From a virus, in IMG/VR virus record IMGVR_UViG_3300025762_000005: DNA of 45,754 nt; one strand, 5' to 3'. How positions within the stretch are numbered: position 1 is the stretch's first letter; each line of letters begins with the position of its first letter. A program made the position numbers and the translations under genes. Below the pieces are notes generated by a model that saw only the letters and a program-made list of their open reading frames with translations, was not told where the DNA came from and did no database searches. Of the stretch, positions 45,488 to 45,754 are shown in pieces.

Positions 45488-45503
45488 TTTTATTTTATTT
45501 ATC
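45488..45503 (-). promoter_or_regulatory. Putative phage late promoter
   Basis: gataaataaaataaaa on the - strand between a terminator and ATG 45482. Confidence 0.45.
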
Positions 45504-45506
45504 CGC

Positions 45507-45538
45507 AAAAAAGAAGGAGCTTAGTGCTCCTTCTTTTT
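45507..45538 (-). terminator. Intrinsic terminator
   Basis: aaaaaagaaggagc-ttagt-gctccttcttttt perfect hairpin at the S1 gene stop. Confidence 0.8.
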
Positions 45539-45754
45539 ATTCTTCTTTTTCTTTAGGTTCAAATTTCTTTATTGGCGCATCCAGCTCAAAACTGATCTTA
45601 TCATCCTTTAAATCTAGATATTTGACCTTTATCGGATCCCCTGTTACAAAATTTCTAGTAGAAATCTTTCGAATTCTAAATTCTTTTGACGGAACTATTC
45701 CAGTAATATCTCCAACATTTACAATAACCCCAAAATTCATTATTGCCGCAATAG
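45537..45754 (-). CDS. S1 RNA-binding domain protein, 5'-truncated by window edge
   Basis: IAAIMNFGVIVNVGDITGIVP...GDPIKVKYLDL...ISFEL fits the S1 motif; the frame stays open to the window end. Confidence 0.7.
   Translation of the reverse strand, partial: IAAIMNFGVIVNVGDITGIVPSKEFRIRKISTRNFVTGDPIKVKYLDLKDDKISFELDAPIKKFEPKEKEE

Noticed and set aside
1-45754. Alternative genetic code (TAG or TGA reassignment, as in some huge phages)
   Set aside because: Genes are long and intact in code 11. TGA is used in many ATGA overlaps, and the TAG at 1112 is followed by another stop one codon later.
1-45754. tRNA, rRNA or structured ncRNA genes
   Set aside because: Intergenic gaps are at most about 140 nt and AT-rich; only terminator hairpins were seen.

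Overview
AT-rich, gene-dense segment of a large T4-like (myovirus-type) jumbo/huge phage genome, read in the standard genetic code. It holds two convergent blocks of baseplate genes (gp53-, gp27-, gp5-like on +; gp25-, gp6-, gp7-like on -), a gp13-like neck gene, an M23 peptidase, a GH24 lysozyme, Hsp20, an isochorismatase-like hydrolase, a MoxR-type AAA+ ATPase with a VWA/HExxH partner, two GIY-YIG homing endonucleases and a partial S1-domain gene. A Bacteroidota host is suggested by a TAnnTTTG promoter, a Bacteroidota-like M23 gene and A-rich start regions without obvious Shine-Dalgarno sites (inference). The main unexplained signal is a ~15-aa peptide tag, consensus F-E-R-G-x-D-P-K-x-(S/A)-(M/L)-x-I-G, which I count 31 times in 19 ORFs. 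It always opens a module carrying a different cargo (LRR-like, ankyrin, Zn-binding, SH3-like, unknown). All 12 internal copies and 10 N-terminal copies follow a hydrophobic-X-Glu site three residues before the Phe, matching T4 prohead-protease specificity. Several genes therefore look like cleavable polyproteins of tagged cassettes (up to 7 modules). A contiguous array of 8 leaderless copies (starting M-x-F) sits behind a host-type promoter and includes a deletion remnant. All product calls come from visual motif recognition; no database searches were run.
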